Shown here: piece after piece, positions 37,628-50,861 of the stretch | How positions within the stretch are numbered: the stretch's first letter is position 1 | Layout of the letters: the number at the start of each line of letters is the position of its first letter | From: Mobula hypostoma | Taxonomy: Eukaryota | Assembly (NCBI RefSeq): GCF_963921235.1 | Contig: NC_086108.1 | Span: forward strand, 91,948,001 to 92,012,000 | Length of the DNA stretch: 64,000 nucleotides | Direction: 5' to 3' | Position numbers and translations under genes: made by a program | Notes under the pieces: generated by a model | Seen by the model: only the letters and a program-made list of their open reading frames with translations | What the model was told of the DNA's origin: nothing | The model's database searches: none

Positions 37628-39240
37628 GTCCATAAGACTGTAAGACACTGAAGCAGAATTAGGCTATTCGGCCCATCAAGTCTGCTCCACCATTTCATCA
37701 TGGTTGATTTATTATCCCTTCAACCCCATTCTCCTTCCTTCTCCCCATAACTTTTGACACTGTGACTAATCAAGAACCTATCAACCTCCGCTTTAAATAT
37801 AACCAATGATTTGGCTTCCACAGTCACCTGTGGCAATGAATTGCACAGATTCACCACACTCTGGTTACAAAAATTCTTCCTCATTTCTGTTCTAAAAAGA
37901 CATTCCTCTATTCTGAGGCTAGGTTCCCTCACTATAGGAAAAATCCTTTCCACATCCATTCTCTTTAGACATTTCAATATACAATAGATTTCAATGAGAT
38001 TCCCCCATCCCCACCCCTCATTCTTCTAAACTCCAGGAAGTACTTGCCTAGAGCCATCAAATGTTCCTCATGTGCTAACCCTGTCATTTCTGGAATCATT
38101 CTCATGAACCTCCTCTGGGCCCTCTCCAATGCCAGTACATATTTTTTTCAATAAGCGGCCTAAAACTGCTCACAAGTATTTCAAGTGTGGCCTTGTAAAA
38201 CCTCTTCTTTACTTCCTTGCTTTTGTATTCTAATCCTTCCAAAAAGCTGCGTGCATTCAAATATAACAATTTCAGTCCTATGTTTATCACTGTTTTCGAT
38301 TTTGTCCATCTGTAATACTTCAGCCCATGCCACTGACTACAACTTTGTCCTATCACCTGCCTGTCCTTCTTCGCAGTCTCTCTGCACACAGCATCTACTT
38401 GTATACCAACTGCCCCATCGTTAACCCTATCACTCCAATACCTGTCCCCCTGCAAAACTAGGTTAAATCCTCTCCAACAGTGCTAGCAAATCTGCCAACA
38501 AGGATATTGGACCAGCACAATGTAACCCATCCTTTACTTACAGGTTATACCATACCAAGAAGAAATCCCAAAGATCCAAAAATCTGAAACCCTGCTCGCC
38601 ATATCATATCATCCTATTCTTACCCTCACTGGAGTGTGGCACATGCAGCAATCCAAAGATTACTGCCCCTGAGGCCCTGCTCTTCAGCTTTCTACTTAAT
38701 TCTCTAAGGGGACCTCTTCTCTTTTCCTTCCTAAGTCATTGGCACCAATATATACCACACCTTCTGGCTGTTCACCCTTGTCCTTTAGAATATTGTGAAC
38801 CGATCTGAGACATCCATGACCCTGATATCCACAAGGCAACATAACATCTGGCTGTCTCTTTCAGGACCACAGAATCTCCTGTCTGCTCCTCTAACTATGG
38901 AATCCCCTATCACTACTGCACTCCTCTTTTCCTCCCTCACCTTCTGAGACACAGAGCCAGAGATCCGGACACTGTAGCTGTCCCCTGGTAGATCCCCCCC
39001 CCCCCCCAAGAGTATCCAAAGCGGTATACTTATTATTGAGGGGAATGGCCACAGGGTACTCTGCACTGGCTCCCTCTCCTGACAGCCACCCAGGTACATG
39101 CCTTCTGCAACTTAGGGGTGACTACCTCCCTGCAGCTCCTATCTATCACCTCCTCTTTTTCCTGTATGATTCAAAGGTCATCGTGTTACAGCTCTAGTTC
39201 CTTAACATGGTCTCAAAGGAGCTGCTGCTCGATGCACTTC
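37628..39240 (-). mobile_element. Internally deleted CR1 (ORF1 esterase region joined to the ORF2 3' end)
   Basis: AVVIGDSIVRGADRRFCG (SGNH esterase); junction LYLNARS|FLEGLEYKSK near 38240; 3' UTR at 37628. Confidence 0.88.
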
Positions 39241-39805
39241 AAGATTCAAGATTCAAGATTGCTCAATGTCTTTTCCACAAGACAAGTGTAAGTAGAAAGA
39301 AACAATTGTAAAACCGGATCTGATCCGGCACAAAAAAAAATCACAAAAGATGAACACAATAACAATAATAATAATAAAATATACAATAAATATAAGTACA
39401 TAAGATAGCTTGTGTATAGAAATTGATTTTATGTCCATAGTGTGATGCTAGGTTGTACACAAGATGACTGATTGGAAATAATAAAGTAGTGGTGGAGTTA
39501 GTGGGTAGTGGTCTGATCAGTCTTACAGCTTGGGGAAAGTAACTGTTTTTGAGCCTGGTGGTGGTGTGGATGCTGCATAGCCTTCTTCCTGATGGGAATG
39601 GAACAAATGAACAGGATGTGTGTGGCCCTTCATGATGTTACTGGCCTTCTTCTGGCACCTTTCTATAGAAATATATGTACGTCCACCTTCTCAGAAGGTA
39701 GAGGCATTACAGCCATGGGAACTTCAGTAAGCAATATTGTTTGAAAGTAGTGAGCTGTAGTGAGCTTTCTTGACCATGTAGGATGTGTTCTGAGTCTATG
39801 TAGAT
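39238..39805 (-). mobile_element. Rex1/Babar 3' end
   Basis: (ttcaaga)3 tail; gggaaagtaactgtttttgagcctgg. Confidence 0.75.
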
Positions 39806-40461
39806 GTAGTTATCAAGGAGACTGGAGGTCTCCCAGAGTTCCCACATCTCAAACAAAGAACATACCACTAAATCCTGAATCCATTCTCATCACATTTTCC
39901 ACATACAAATAGACAAAGAAAGAGAAAAAGAAACTTAGAAACATAGCCTCACTGATCAAAAGATGGTGCGACAAGGGGTGATTCATTACAAGCAGCGCCA
40001 ATGGGAAACATCTAATATTCCCAGTTAGAGATATAACAGGTGAAATCCGTAGTTAGAGCCATGGGAACTTCAGTAAGCATATTGTTTAGAGTTTTTAAAC
40101 ATCTAACAATACTCAAAGTCAACAGGTTCTGAACTGCAGTCTTGGGTTGAGAGTGCAACTTCTCGTTAAGAAACAGGAAGCGAGGAAAACAGGAAGCTGG
40201 ACTGCAAGTTAGATTGAAACGCAGAGTCATTTAGAACCCCACTCCCAACTATCATACCAGCAATGTAGTCTCTAGAAAATAAAATTGAAGACCCCGGAGC
40301 AAAATTGCTGTACTAGAGTGACATCAGGGACTGCTGTGTACTTTGTTTCATGGAAACATGGCAATCACCCACCATTTCAGATGCAGCGCTGCAGCTGGAT
40401 GGCTTCATCATTCACTGTAAACGTAGAACAACTCAGTCTTTTAAAGGCAAAGGTGCTTTAT

Positions 40462-43400
40462 AAAATAGCTTTGACAAGTGGCCAATCCAGACATCAGAAA
40501 TTTTGAGAGAAGGGTACTTAAACCAGATCCACCCCCTTAGGACAAAAGGCAGCAGCAGGTCAGTAGAGCAAAAATGAGCTTTGACCAGCAGCTTATTGGT
40601 GTTTGCAATTGATTAACAAGAGCAAATTAAAGGAAGAAAGGGGCAAGTGCAGCAGCAACCGTCGCAGCGGGCATCGTCTGAGCGGACAGAGTCAGAGTGG
40701 TGATCTTGAGGCTTTAGCTCTTCGAGGCTTCAGTCAGAGAAGGCAAACGAAATGAAAAGCTCAAGGTTAATTTTTTGTTCTCTTTCCCTTTTTTGGATCT
40801 GCTCAGCTAAGATAGTAGAAATGCCAGGCAGGATAGTGGAATATGCCTCTTGCGGGATGTGGGAAGGCAGGGAGACCCCCAGTGTTCCTGACGACTACAA
40901 CTGCGAGAAGTGCATCCAGTTGCAGCTTCTAACAAACCACGTTAAGAAGTTGGAGCTGGAACTGGATGAACTCTGGATCATTCAGGATGCCGAAGAGGAG
41001 ATGAATAGGACATATAGAGAGATAGTTACACACAAGGTGCAGGACAGATGAAAACTGGGTGACAGTCAGGAAGGGGAAAGAGGTTAAGGAGCCAGTGCAG
41101 AGTGCCCCTGTGATCGTCCCCCTTATCAACAGTTATCCCACTTTGGATACTGGTGGGGATGAGGGGGAATGACCTAACTGAGGGAAGTCACAGTGCTCGG
41201 GTCTCTGCCACTGAGTCAGCCTCTGTGACTCAGAAGGGAGTGAGGGAGAAGAGACATGTTGCGGTGATAGGGGATTTGTTAGTTAGGGGAATAGGAGGGA
41301 ATTTCTGTTGACAAGAACAAGATTTCCAAATGGAATGTTGCCTCTTGGGTGCCAGAGTATGGGATATCCAGGATCGAGTCCTCAGTGTTCTTAAATGGGA
41401 GAGTAAACAGCCAGAGGTCGTGCTCCATAGGGGTACCAATGACATGGTTCAACAAGTGACGATGTTCTACATAGGGAGTTCAGGGAGTTAGGTATTAAGT
41501 TAAAGAGCAGGACCTCCAGGGTGGTGATCTCAGGATTGCTACCCATGCCATCTGCTAGTGAGGCCAGTACTAGGAAGATTATACAGTTTAATAATGGCTG
41601 AGGAGTTGGTGTACGAGGGAGGGCATAAGATTTTCAGATTACTGGGCTCTCTTCCAGGGAAGGTGGGACCTGTACAGAAGGGTCACCTTGAACCTGAACT
41701 GGAGAGGGACTAATATCCTAGAGGGAAGGCTTGTTAATGCTGCACGGTGGGGTTTAAACTAGAGTTGCATGGGGATGGGAATCAGAGTTCCAGAACAGTT
41801 AATGGCAGATGTTGGTAAGACCTCAGACAAAGGTAGGAATCAAAAGGTTGAGCAGGGTGCAACTAGTGTCCTGAGCTCCCCATATTTCGATGCAAGAAGT
41901 ATCGTCAGAAAGGCTGATAATAGTGCTGAAGATAGGGTAGATGGTTTACAAACAGAGGCAATGTGTAGTGAGGAGAGGCTGTTGATAGGGAAAAATTGCA
42001 GTCAAAGGGATAAGTTGCAATATAAAAGAGGGGCAAAATTGAAAAGAGTGAATACAGGACTGTAGGTGTTGTATTTGAATGTGTGTAATATACGGAATGA
42101 GGTAGATGAACTTGCAGTACAATTGCCCATTGCCAGGTATGATGTTGTAGGCATTACTGAATCATGGCTGAAAGCAAATTATAGCTGGGAGCTTAATGAC
42201 CAAGGATACACATTGTATCGAAAGGACAGGTAGGAAGGCGGAGGGAGTGACTTTGTTCTTTTGGTAATAAATTAAATCAACTCACTAGAAAGAGGTGACA
42301 TAGGGTCAGAAGGTGTTGAATCATTGTGGATAGAGCTAAGGAACTGCAAGGGTGAAAAAACCCTGATGGGAATTGTATACAGGCCCGCAAACAATAGTAA
42401 GGATGTGGCCTACAAATTACAATAGGAAATAGAAGATACATGCCAAAAGGATAATGTTACAATAGTCATGGGTGACTTCAATATACAGGTAAATTGGGAA
42501 AATCAAGTTGGTACTGGATACCAGGAGGGGATTTTCTAGAGTGTCTACAATTTGGCTTTTTAAAGCAGGTCACGGTTGAGGTCACTAGGGGATCAGCTAT
42601 TCTGGATTGTGTGTTGTGCAATGAACCAGAATTGATTAGAGAGTTTAAGGTAAAAGAATCAGAGAAAGGTTGAATAGGTTAGGACTTTATTCCCTGGAGC
42701 GTAGAAGAATGAGGGGAGATTTGATAGAGGTATATAAAATTATGATGGGTATAGATAGAGTGAATGCAAGCAGGCTTTTTCCACTGAGGCAAGGGGAGAA
42801 AAAAACCAGAGGACATGGGTTAAGGGAGAGGGGGGAAAAGTTTAAAGGGAACATTAGTGGGGGTTTCGTCACACAGAGAGTGGTGGGAGTATAGAATGAG
42901 CTGCCAGATGAAGTGGTAAATGCGGGTTCTTTTTTAACATTTAAGAATAAATTGGACAGATACATGGATGGGAGGTGTATGGAGGGATATGGTCTGTGTG
43001 CAGGTCAGTGGGACTAGACAGAAAATGGTTCGGCACAGCCAAGAAGGGCCAAGGGGCCTGTTTCTGTGCTGTAGTTTTTATGGTTTCTATGGTTTCTAAT
43101 CCATAGGGGCATGTGATCATAATATATTTGAATTCTTCCCGAAATTTCAGAAGGAGAAGCTAAAGTCAGATGCATCAGGATTACAGTGGAGTAAAGGAAA
43201 TTACAGAAGCATTAGAGAGGAGTTGGCCAGAATTGATTGGAGAAGAACACAGGCAGGGATGACAGCAGAGCAGCAATGGCTGGAATTTCTGGGAGCAATT
43301 TGGAAAGCACAGAATATATACATCCTACAGAGGAAGAAGTATTCTAAAGGAAATATAACATAATTGTGACTAACGAGAGAAGTTAAAGCCAACATTAAAG

Positions 43401-44170
43401 CCAAAGAGAGGGCATGTAGTAGAGCAAAAATTAACGGGAAGCTTTTAAAAAACAACAGAGAGCAACTAAAAAGCCATTAAGAAGATTAAGATGGAACATG
43501 AAAGTAAGCGAACCAATAATATGAAAAAGGATGCCAAAAGTTTCTTCAGATACATAGGTGTAAAAGAGAGATGAGAGTGGATATTGGACTAATGGAAAAT
43601 GATGCTGGAGAGATAGTAATGGGGGACAACAAAATAACAGACAAACTGAATAAGTATCTTGCATCAGTCTTCACTACGGAAGACACGAGCAGTATAGTGG
43701 AAGTTCCAGGTGTCATTGGTCATGAAGTACGTGAAGTTACAATAACTAGAAAGAAGGTTGTTGGGATACTGAAAGGTCTGAAGGTAGGTAAGTCACCTGG
43801 ACCAGATGGTGTACACCCCAGTGTTCTGAAAGAGGTGGTTGAAGAGATTGTCGACATATTAATAATAATCTTTCAAGAATCACTAGATTCTGGAATGGTT
43901 CCGGAAGACGGGAAAATTGCAAATGTCATTCCACTCTTCAAGACTGGAGGGAGGCAGAAGAAAGGAAACTAAAGGAAATATAGCTAAGGAGGCCACGTCT
44001 TTATGTATATTTAAAGCAGAGGTTGATCGATTCTTGATTGGTCAGGGCATGAAGGGATACAGGGAGAAGTCAGGAGATTGGGGCTGAGAGGAAAATTGGA
44101 TCAGCCATGATGAAATGGCGGAGTAGACACAATGGCCTAAGTTGCCTATTTCTGCTCCTATATCTTATGG
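40462..44170 (+). mobile_element. CR1 with 5' UTR, ORF1 (Zn finger, coiled coil, esterase), endonuclease and 3' UTR; RT core deleted
   Basis: SCGMWE..YNCEKCIQLQLL..KKLELELDEL; VIGD; LYLN..ITESW, GDFN; KSPGPDG; jumps to the 3' UTR after KKGN at about 43970. Confidence 0.9.
42661..43098 (+). mobile_element. Young HER1-like CR1 3' fragment nested in the older CR1
   Basis: Near-identical to 8511-8947; host frame interrupted at gtaaaagaatc | atccataggggc. Confidence 0.93.
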
Positions 44171-45125
44171 TCATGGTGTTATAATTAACTCTTTGTGGTG
44201 CACAGACATGGCAGTTCTGTCTCAGTCCTGCTCAACTGATCTGGAACATATAGTGATCAACTGTCGTCCTTTTTATCTGCCGGGGGAGTTTTTCCCCATC
44301 ATCTTGGTAGCAGTGCACATTCCATCTCAGGCCAACTTTAGGCTGGCATGAAAGGAGCCAAGCTCCATAATCAGTAGTCGTAAATTAATGCAGTCTGAAG
44401 TCTTCCCTACCATTGTGATGGATTTCAGCTAGGCCAGCTTGAAGAAGTCTCTGAATTACCACCAATATATCTCCTGTGGAACAGAGGAGCCAACACACTT
44501 GACCATTGTTTACACTACCATTAAGAATATTTACCATACCATCCTATGTCCACAATTTGGGAAGTCCAATTACCTGGCTAGATTTCTACTCCCAGCATAC
44601 GTGCAGAGCCTAAAGTGGTAAGGACCAAGAAGGTATGGTCAAGGGTAGTGAAGGAGCGTTTACAGGGCTGATTTTAGTCAGAGGACTGGACAACATTCAA
44701 GGATTCATCTTCCGATCTGAATGAATACACCACAACTATCACCAACATTATCAAGACCTGCATAGGTAAGTGTGTACCTTCAAGAACATACAGGACATAC
44801 CCAAACCAAAAGCCGTGTTTGAATTACTGTAGGAGATTCGTAGTCTGCTGGGAGCTAGATCTGCAGTATTCAAGATCGGTGATCCGGAGCTTTACGAGAA
44901 GTGCAGGGATGACCTACAGAAAGCCTGCTGGTGTCCCTGGTAAGGCTCTGAAAACCTGTGCCAATGCACTGGCTGGAGTGTTCAAGGACATCTTCAATCT
45001 CTCATTTTCACCCTTTTAAACAGGTATTAACTTCCAAGGGTGACAATCATACCTGTGCCCAAGACAAGCAGCCTCAATGACTATTGCCCAGTGGCACTCA
45101 CATCAACTGTGATAAAGTCCTTTCA

Positions 45126-45907
45126 GAGATTCAGGAAGGGTAAGACAAAGGAACACGTACCAATCCTCACAGAGGGATCAGAAGTGGAGAGAGTGAGCAG
45201 TTTCAAGTTCCTGAGTGTCAAGATCTCTGAAGATCCCAGCATATCGATGTAGTTATAAAGAAGGCAAGACAGCGGCTATATTTCATTAGGAGTTTGAAGA
45301 GATTTGGCATGTCAAGAAATACACTTAAAAACTTCGATAGATGTACCATGGAGTGCATTCTGACAGGCTGCATCACTGTCTGGTACGGGGGGGTGTGGAG
45401 GGGAGTTACTGCACAGGACTGAAAGAAATTGCAGAGGGTTGTAAACCTAGTCAGCTCCATCCTGGGTACCAGCCTACAAAGAACCCAGGACATCTTCAGG
45501 GAGCGGTGTCTCAGAAAGGCAGCGTCCATTATTAAGGACCTCCAGCACCCAGGGCATGCTCTTTTCTCATTGTTACCATCAGGGAGGAGGTACAGAAGCC
45601 TGAAGGCACACACTCAGTGATTCAGGAACAGCTTCTTCCCCTCTGCCATCAATTCCTAAATGGACATTGAACCCTTGGACACTACCTCACTTTTTTAATA
45701 TACAGTATTTCTGTTTTTTGCACATTTGTTTTAATCTATTCAATATAAGGATACTGTAATTGATGTGCTTATTTATTATTATTATTATTTTTATTTTATT
45801 TATTATTTTTTTCTCTTCTATATTATGTATTGCATTGAACTGCTGCTGCTAAGTTAACAAATTTCACATCACATGCCGGTGACAATAAGCCTGATTCTGA
45901 TTCTGAT
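45126..45907 (+). mobile_element. Younger Rex1/Babar 3' fragment nested in the older Rex1
   Basis: FRKGKTKEHVPI..FKFL; CLRKAASIIKDLQHPGHALFSLLPSGRRYRSL; (ctgatt)n tail. Confidence 0.88.
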
Positions 45908-47439
45908 CATGACTATAATCAAATCCTGCCTAAGCAACAACCTGGACCTGCAGCAATTTAATAGATCTACAGCAGATGCAGTTTTATTGGCTTTCCACTT
46001 GGGTTTGGATCACCTGGACAATAATAATACTTATGTCAGGCTGCTGTAAATTGACTAAAGCTCAGTGTTCAACACAGTCATATTTTCAGTTCTAGTCTAC
46101 AGCCTCCAAACCTAGGCCTCTGTACCTCCCTCTGCAATTATATCCTTGAATTCCTCATCAGGAGATGACAGTCTATGCAGATTAGAAATACCTTCTCCTT
46201 ACCGACAATTAACACTGGCTGCCCTGAAGGATGCACGCTTAGCCCACTGCTCTACTCTCTCCACACCCACAAATGGGAGGCCAGGCATAGCTCAAATGCC
46301 ATCTATAAATTTGCCAATGACAAAACCATTGTTGGCAGAATTTCACATGATGATGAGGAGATGGACGGGTGTGAGATAGATCAGGAGGTGGAGTGGTGTC
46401 ATAGGAACAAGCTTGCATTCAGTGTCAGTAAGACCAAGGAATTGATTGTGGACCAGGAAGGAGAAGTCAAGGGAGCACACTCTAGTCCTCACTGAGTGGT
46501 CAGAAGTGGAAAAGGTGAGCAGTTTGAAGTTTGTGGTTGTCAATATCTCTGAAGAAGCACCCTGGGCCCAACATATTGATGCGATTATAAAGGAAGCATA
46601 ACAGCAGCTATATTTCATTAGGAGTTTGAAGAGAATTGGGATATCACCAAAGACATTTGCAAATTTCTACAGATATGCCATGGAGGGCATTCGAACTGGT
46701 TGCATCACCATCTGGTATGAAAGGGCCACTCCACAAGATTGGGAAAAGCTGCAGAAAGTTTGAACCTTGTCACCTCCATGATGGGCGCTAGCATCCAGGA
46801 CACCTTCAAATGACAAAGCCTTAAGAAGGCAGCATCCATCATGAAGGACGCTCATCACACAGGACATGCCCTCTTCTCGTTGGTACCATCAAGGAGGAGA
46901 TACAGGAGCCTGAAAACATGCACTCAACATTTCAGGATTCCTCCCCTCTGCTGTCAGATTTCTGAATGGACAATGAACCCATGGAAACTTCCTCTTTAAT
47001 TTTTTTCCCCTCTTTTTTTGCACTACTTAATTACTTAATTTTATATATACTTATAATAATTTATCATTTTTGTCACTATATATTGCAATGTACTGCTGCA
47101 AAACAACAAATTTCACAACATATTAAAACTGATTATATTAAACCAATAATATTAAAACTGATTCTGATTCTACTTAAGCCTGTTCTCGTTGAAGGCTGTT
47201 GAGCCAAAGTCTGACCACTCTAACCCTGGTCCACTTCAACAATGGCTGCTCCACTTACATCTCACTTCTTTTTATTGGCTCAAATAAAATTCACTCCCAA
47301 TGAGACCTGATGTCTTTAAATGGCTCCTGCTCTGCTCTGATCCCACTCTGTCACTTGCTGCTTCAAAGTATGACTCACTCCCAACAAGACTTGATGCTTC
47401 GAAGTGGTTTCCACTCTGCTCAGATGCTGCTTTCTCAGA

Positions 47440-47655
47440 TCAGTCTATTGATGATGCTTGCTCCCAGGAACTCAAAGTTCTCAACCGTCTTGACCTCAGC
47501 ACCCTTGTTGTAAACAGATGCATGAGCACCATCCATCGTGCTGAAGTCAATGACCAGCTCCTTTGTTTTGCTGACATTGTTGCCATGACACCATGTAACT
47601 AAGCTCTTTACCTCTTTCCTGTTCTCCGACACGTTGTTATTTGAGATCCGGCCCT
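47440..47655 (-). mobile_element. Rex1/Babar RT fragment
   Basis: WCHGNNVSKTKELVIDF..VENFEFLG. Confidence 0.8.
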
Positions 47656-48504
47656 GTCATGTGTACTTTTCATGGAAGGGGTGCAATTCACATAAAACCA
47701 AGTTATTAGGTAACAGTTTCAGTTTATCAAACTCTTGGCTGAAGAAAATAATTCAGAGGATCCTCTGACGTCAACAGTGTTTTAATAGCTGTCATCAATG
47801 GCTTATAGAGATAGCAAAATGCAAAACCCATTGATCTTTTTCTCCTCCAATCTAGGATTGGAAAGCTTTACTTACTTTCACATTTTATCTGTTCAGTTAA
47901 GCTTTTGCAGATTTGTATCTATATCTGCTGTTATATAATTTACTCTGGAGTATTTGCCTTGGAGACATTGCAGCTTTTGACAAGACTGTTCCCAAGATGG
48001 TATCATGCCTTTTTATCCACTTTCTTTTTGTCTTTATTTTTAATTATTTATTGTCTCAAGAATACTCTTCTTACAATTATTTTGTCTGTATTATAAAACT
48101 GAGAAGCATTTAAGCAATGCTATTGTGTATTTTCCCTTGCCATTGAGGAGGAATAACAAGAGTTGTCTGATTATTAAATAATGACAGCATAACCTTCATT
48201 CAAAGTCCCTGGAATCTGGGTGTCAGATTGCAATGCTCACACCAAGTGCCTGGAGCACAAAGACGGCCATTTCAAGCACTGCCATTACTGAGACTAAAAA
48301 TATAGTAAGGCTCCTATAACAATATGACATATTAAGCAATAACAAACAGCCAAGAGCACTTACAAAACTTTGGGATTCAAATTCGTGATAGCCATTTCTC
48401 AACTGGGAAAAATTCAAATCATTTGACCTATGTCCAAGTACATGGACCAGAGAAATTACTATTTTTTTTGTTCTTATCCTTACAGCAGTGTTGTGTCAAC
48501 TCTT

Positions 48505-48825
48505 TAAAGATTAAAGATAAGCTTTATTTGTCCACATATAGATTGAAATATATGCATCATTTGCGTCGAATCAAATCAGAGAGGATTGCACTGAGCAGCC
48601 TAGAAATCTTGCCACACTTCCAGCACCAAAATTGCATGACCACAATTCACTACTCGTAATCATATGTCTTTTGAATGTGAGCGAAAACCAGCACACCCGG
48701 AGGAAACCCATGTAATCATGGGGAGAAAACCTTACAGGCAGCAGCAATCACAATCAGAACCCCAATCAGTGAAATCTGGTGCTGTAAAGTGATGTGATAA
48801 CTGCTAGGTTACCTTGTCGTCCCTA
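48505..48825 (-). mobile_element. HE1-like SINE
   Basis: gaaaaccagcacacccggaggaaaccca; gccacacttccagcaccaa; (aaagatt)n tail. Confidence 0.8.
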
Positions 48826-48829
48826 ACCT

Positions 48830-49065
48830 ACTCCACTCAAATCCTTTCCTCCCACATAGCCCTCTATTTTTCTTTCATCCATGTGCCTATCTGAGAGACT
48901 CTTGTGTCCCCCATGTACCAGCCTCTACCACCACAGCAGTGTGTACCACATTCTGTGTAAGAAAAAGCTAACTCTGACATCCTACATTCCTCTAAACTGC
49001 TTAAAGTCACACCCCTCATATTAGCCATTTACACCTCGCAAAAAATTCTCTATCATTTAATACAC
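48830..49065 (-). mobile_element. CR1 3' fragment
   Basis: catccatgtgcctatctgagag..cagcctctaccacc. Confidence 0.65.
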
Positions 49066-49151
49066 TACTCACTAACCCCTTTATGTGCGATTCATCCTAG
49101 TAAGGCAAAACTCTCCTTGCACATTGATTTCACTAATAAAGGCATGAATGG

Positions 49152-50051
49152 TGTTGTGACATGAACAAAGCTACCAGAGAGACACTGAAGCTAGTGGATA
49201 GGAAAGTGTTAATCCAACAAAAACGGGCAGCAGGCATCATAATTCAAGACACTCTTGGAAGAAGTGGCCCACTCTTCTCAATATTACATGACATTTTCAT
49301 ATACTGAAGATCAAAGGAAACAACAGGACAATTCTATAGTTATAATGTATCTACAATGCTTCCTGTGTATTACATCTAGTTTTCAAACGCTTGGGTGTCT
49401 GGAGCGTGTCGTATCCACAGTCCAGACACCCAGAAATGAATGTTAATTGCCACTGACTTTACGCTGCATTCATGCATATGCAGACATCTGAGGTCTAATT
49501 GTTCTGAGCTGCATTTTAATTCAATCTACAATCCACATTCAAGTCTGAAGATTGGTTGCTGGTGAAATTAACATTTGCTATATACCCTAACTCAGAATAT
49601 TCCCTAACAAGTGGTCTTGCTAAACTACAAGAGCAGTGACATGATTTGAACTCACCGATTACATACAGACTTAGAAATCATGCTGTTTCTTCTATCCCAT
49701 TGCATTATTCCATTCATAACTACTCTCCATCTATTGCTATGTAAAATAAATTTCATTCGGTTATCTACTACAGTATATGGAAAATTCAATCGTGGACTAG
49801 AAATCATAGAGGTAGACCGAAACTCAGTTTCTGTAGGCAAATCCTATTTATCATCTAGATGTTCAAAAGAAAATGTCGTATCTATACAATAGACAGAAAG
49901 CTCGATAATGAGATAAATGTAATGTTAGTATGTCATAGGTTTTATCAACTAAAATTAATATTATCCAAATTAGTGGCCAAGTAAAGAAAGTATAGGAAAA
50001 TAGTGCAAAATGAACAGAGTATCTTTAACAGATAACATTTTCCTTAGAACA
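49152..50051 (-). mobile_element. Possible solo LTR (about 900 bp)
   Basis: TGTT..AACA termini; non-coding; TATA-like then ATTAA-like signals near the minus 3' end; no TSD found. Confidence 0.4.
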
Positions 50052-50861
50052 CTCAAGTAAATCAACAAGATTATTTTGAACAGAATTAGCGAACCACAAG
50101 CACAAACACTGTATCGGATGGTTGATGGGTAGCAGAAGTAATCTTGCTATTTAAGAACAATGAGCTTCAAATTCTGTTTGGGATTCTTTGCTGACAGGAA
50201 ACCAGCAGAAGTGGCTGATTAAACCAAGACTTTTGCAGTAACTTATTTTTATTGGAATTTAAAAAGTCAATGAACAAGTTCAATTTATAATCAATTGTGA
50301 GATACTGAACAGGGAACTTAGAAGGTGGGCCCCCCTGATCCTTGCGGGATGGGTTGAGGGGCGGTTAAAACGCCAGTCAGGATACTTGTTTTAATTGACT
50401 GAAGCCTGGATTAACCAGGATAAATAAATTATCAGGAATATCACACTGGAATTGCATAAAACAGTCTTGCACATTGTGTACAGTTCTGGTTGCTATGCAA
50501 CAAGAAGCTGGGTGGTAGCCCTAGAGAGGGTCGAGACAGAAACTCTCAACACGCTTATAAAGTAGCTAGATGAGCACATAGTGTCCAGGCTCCATAAAGC
50601 TGTGAACCAAAAAGAGGACCACGAGACACAAAAGATACCTGCGCACTTTATATTGGAATTCTAGAGCGCAGGGCTTTGCGGATGAAGGTACTGCAGATGG
50701 TGGTGGAGTGATGAGGATTCCCCTTTTCAGGTTTACTCTATGAGCTAAAGATGAGGCTGGAGCTGGGTGTGAGAAAATGAGTCGGATTGTGATGCTGGAA
50801 TAGGATTTGGAACTTGTACCACATGTACAGACAAACATATGGGGCAGATCGTTAGCGTAGC

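Larger units (their letters stand above)
39958..47172 (+). mobile_element. Rex1/Babar LINE with both ends, fragmented by a CR1 and a second Rex1 insertion
   Basis: 5' aagatggtg; RKRGKQEAGLQVRLKRR..PLPT; resumes at 44172 (CRPFYLPGEF, NDYCPVALTS), then 45908 onward (GCPEGCTLSPLLYSL, KFAND, KTKELIVD); (ctgatt)n tail. Confidence 0.85.

Noticed and set aside
49408..49416. GTCGTATCC resembling a stem-loop RT primer (contamination)
   Set aside because: Only 9 bp and the remainder of the primer is absent; chance match.
50638..50760. Minus-strand exon ending CAG|GTATCT
   Set aside because: Weak splice sites, unrecognisable peptide, adjacent to decayed CR1 and SINE sequence.
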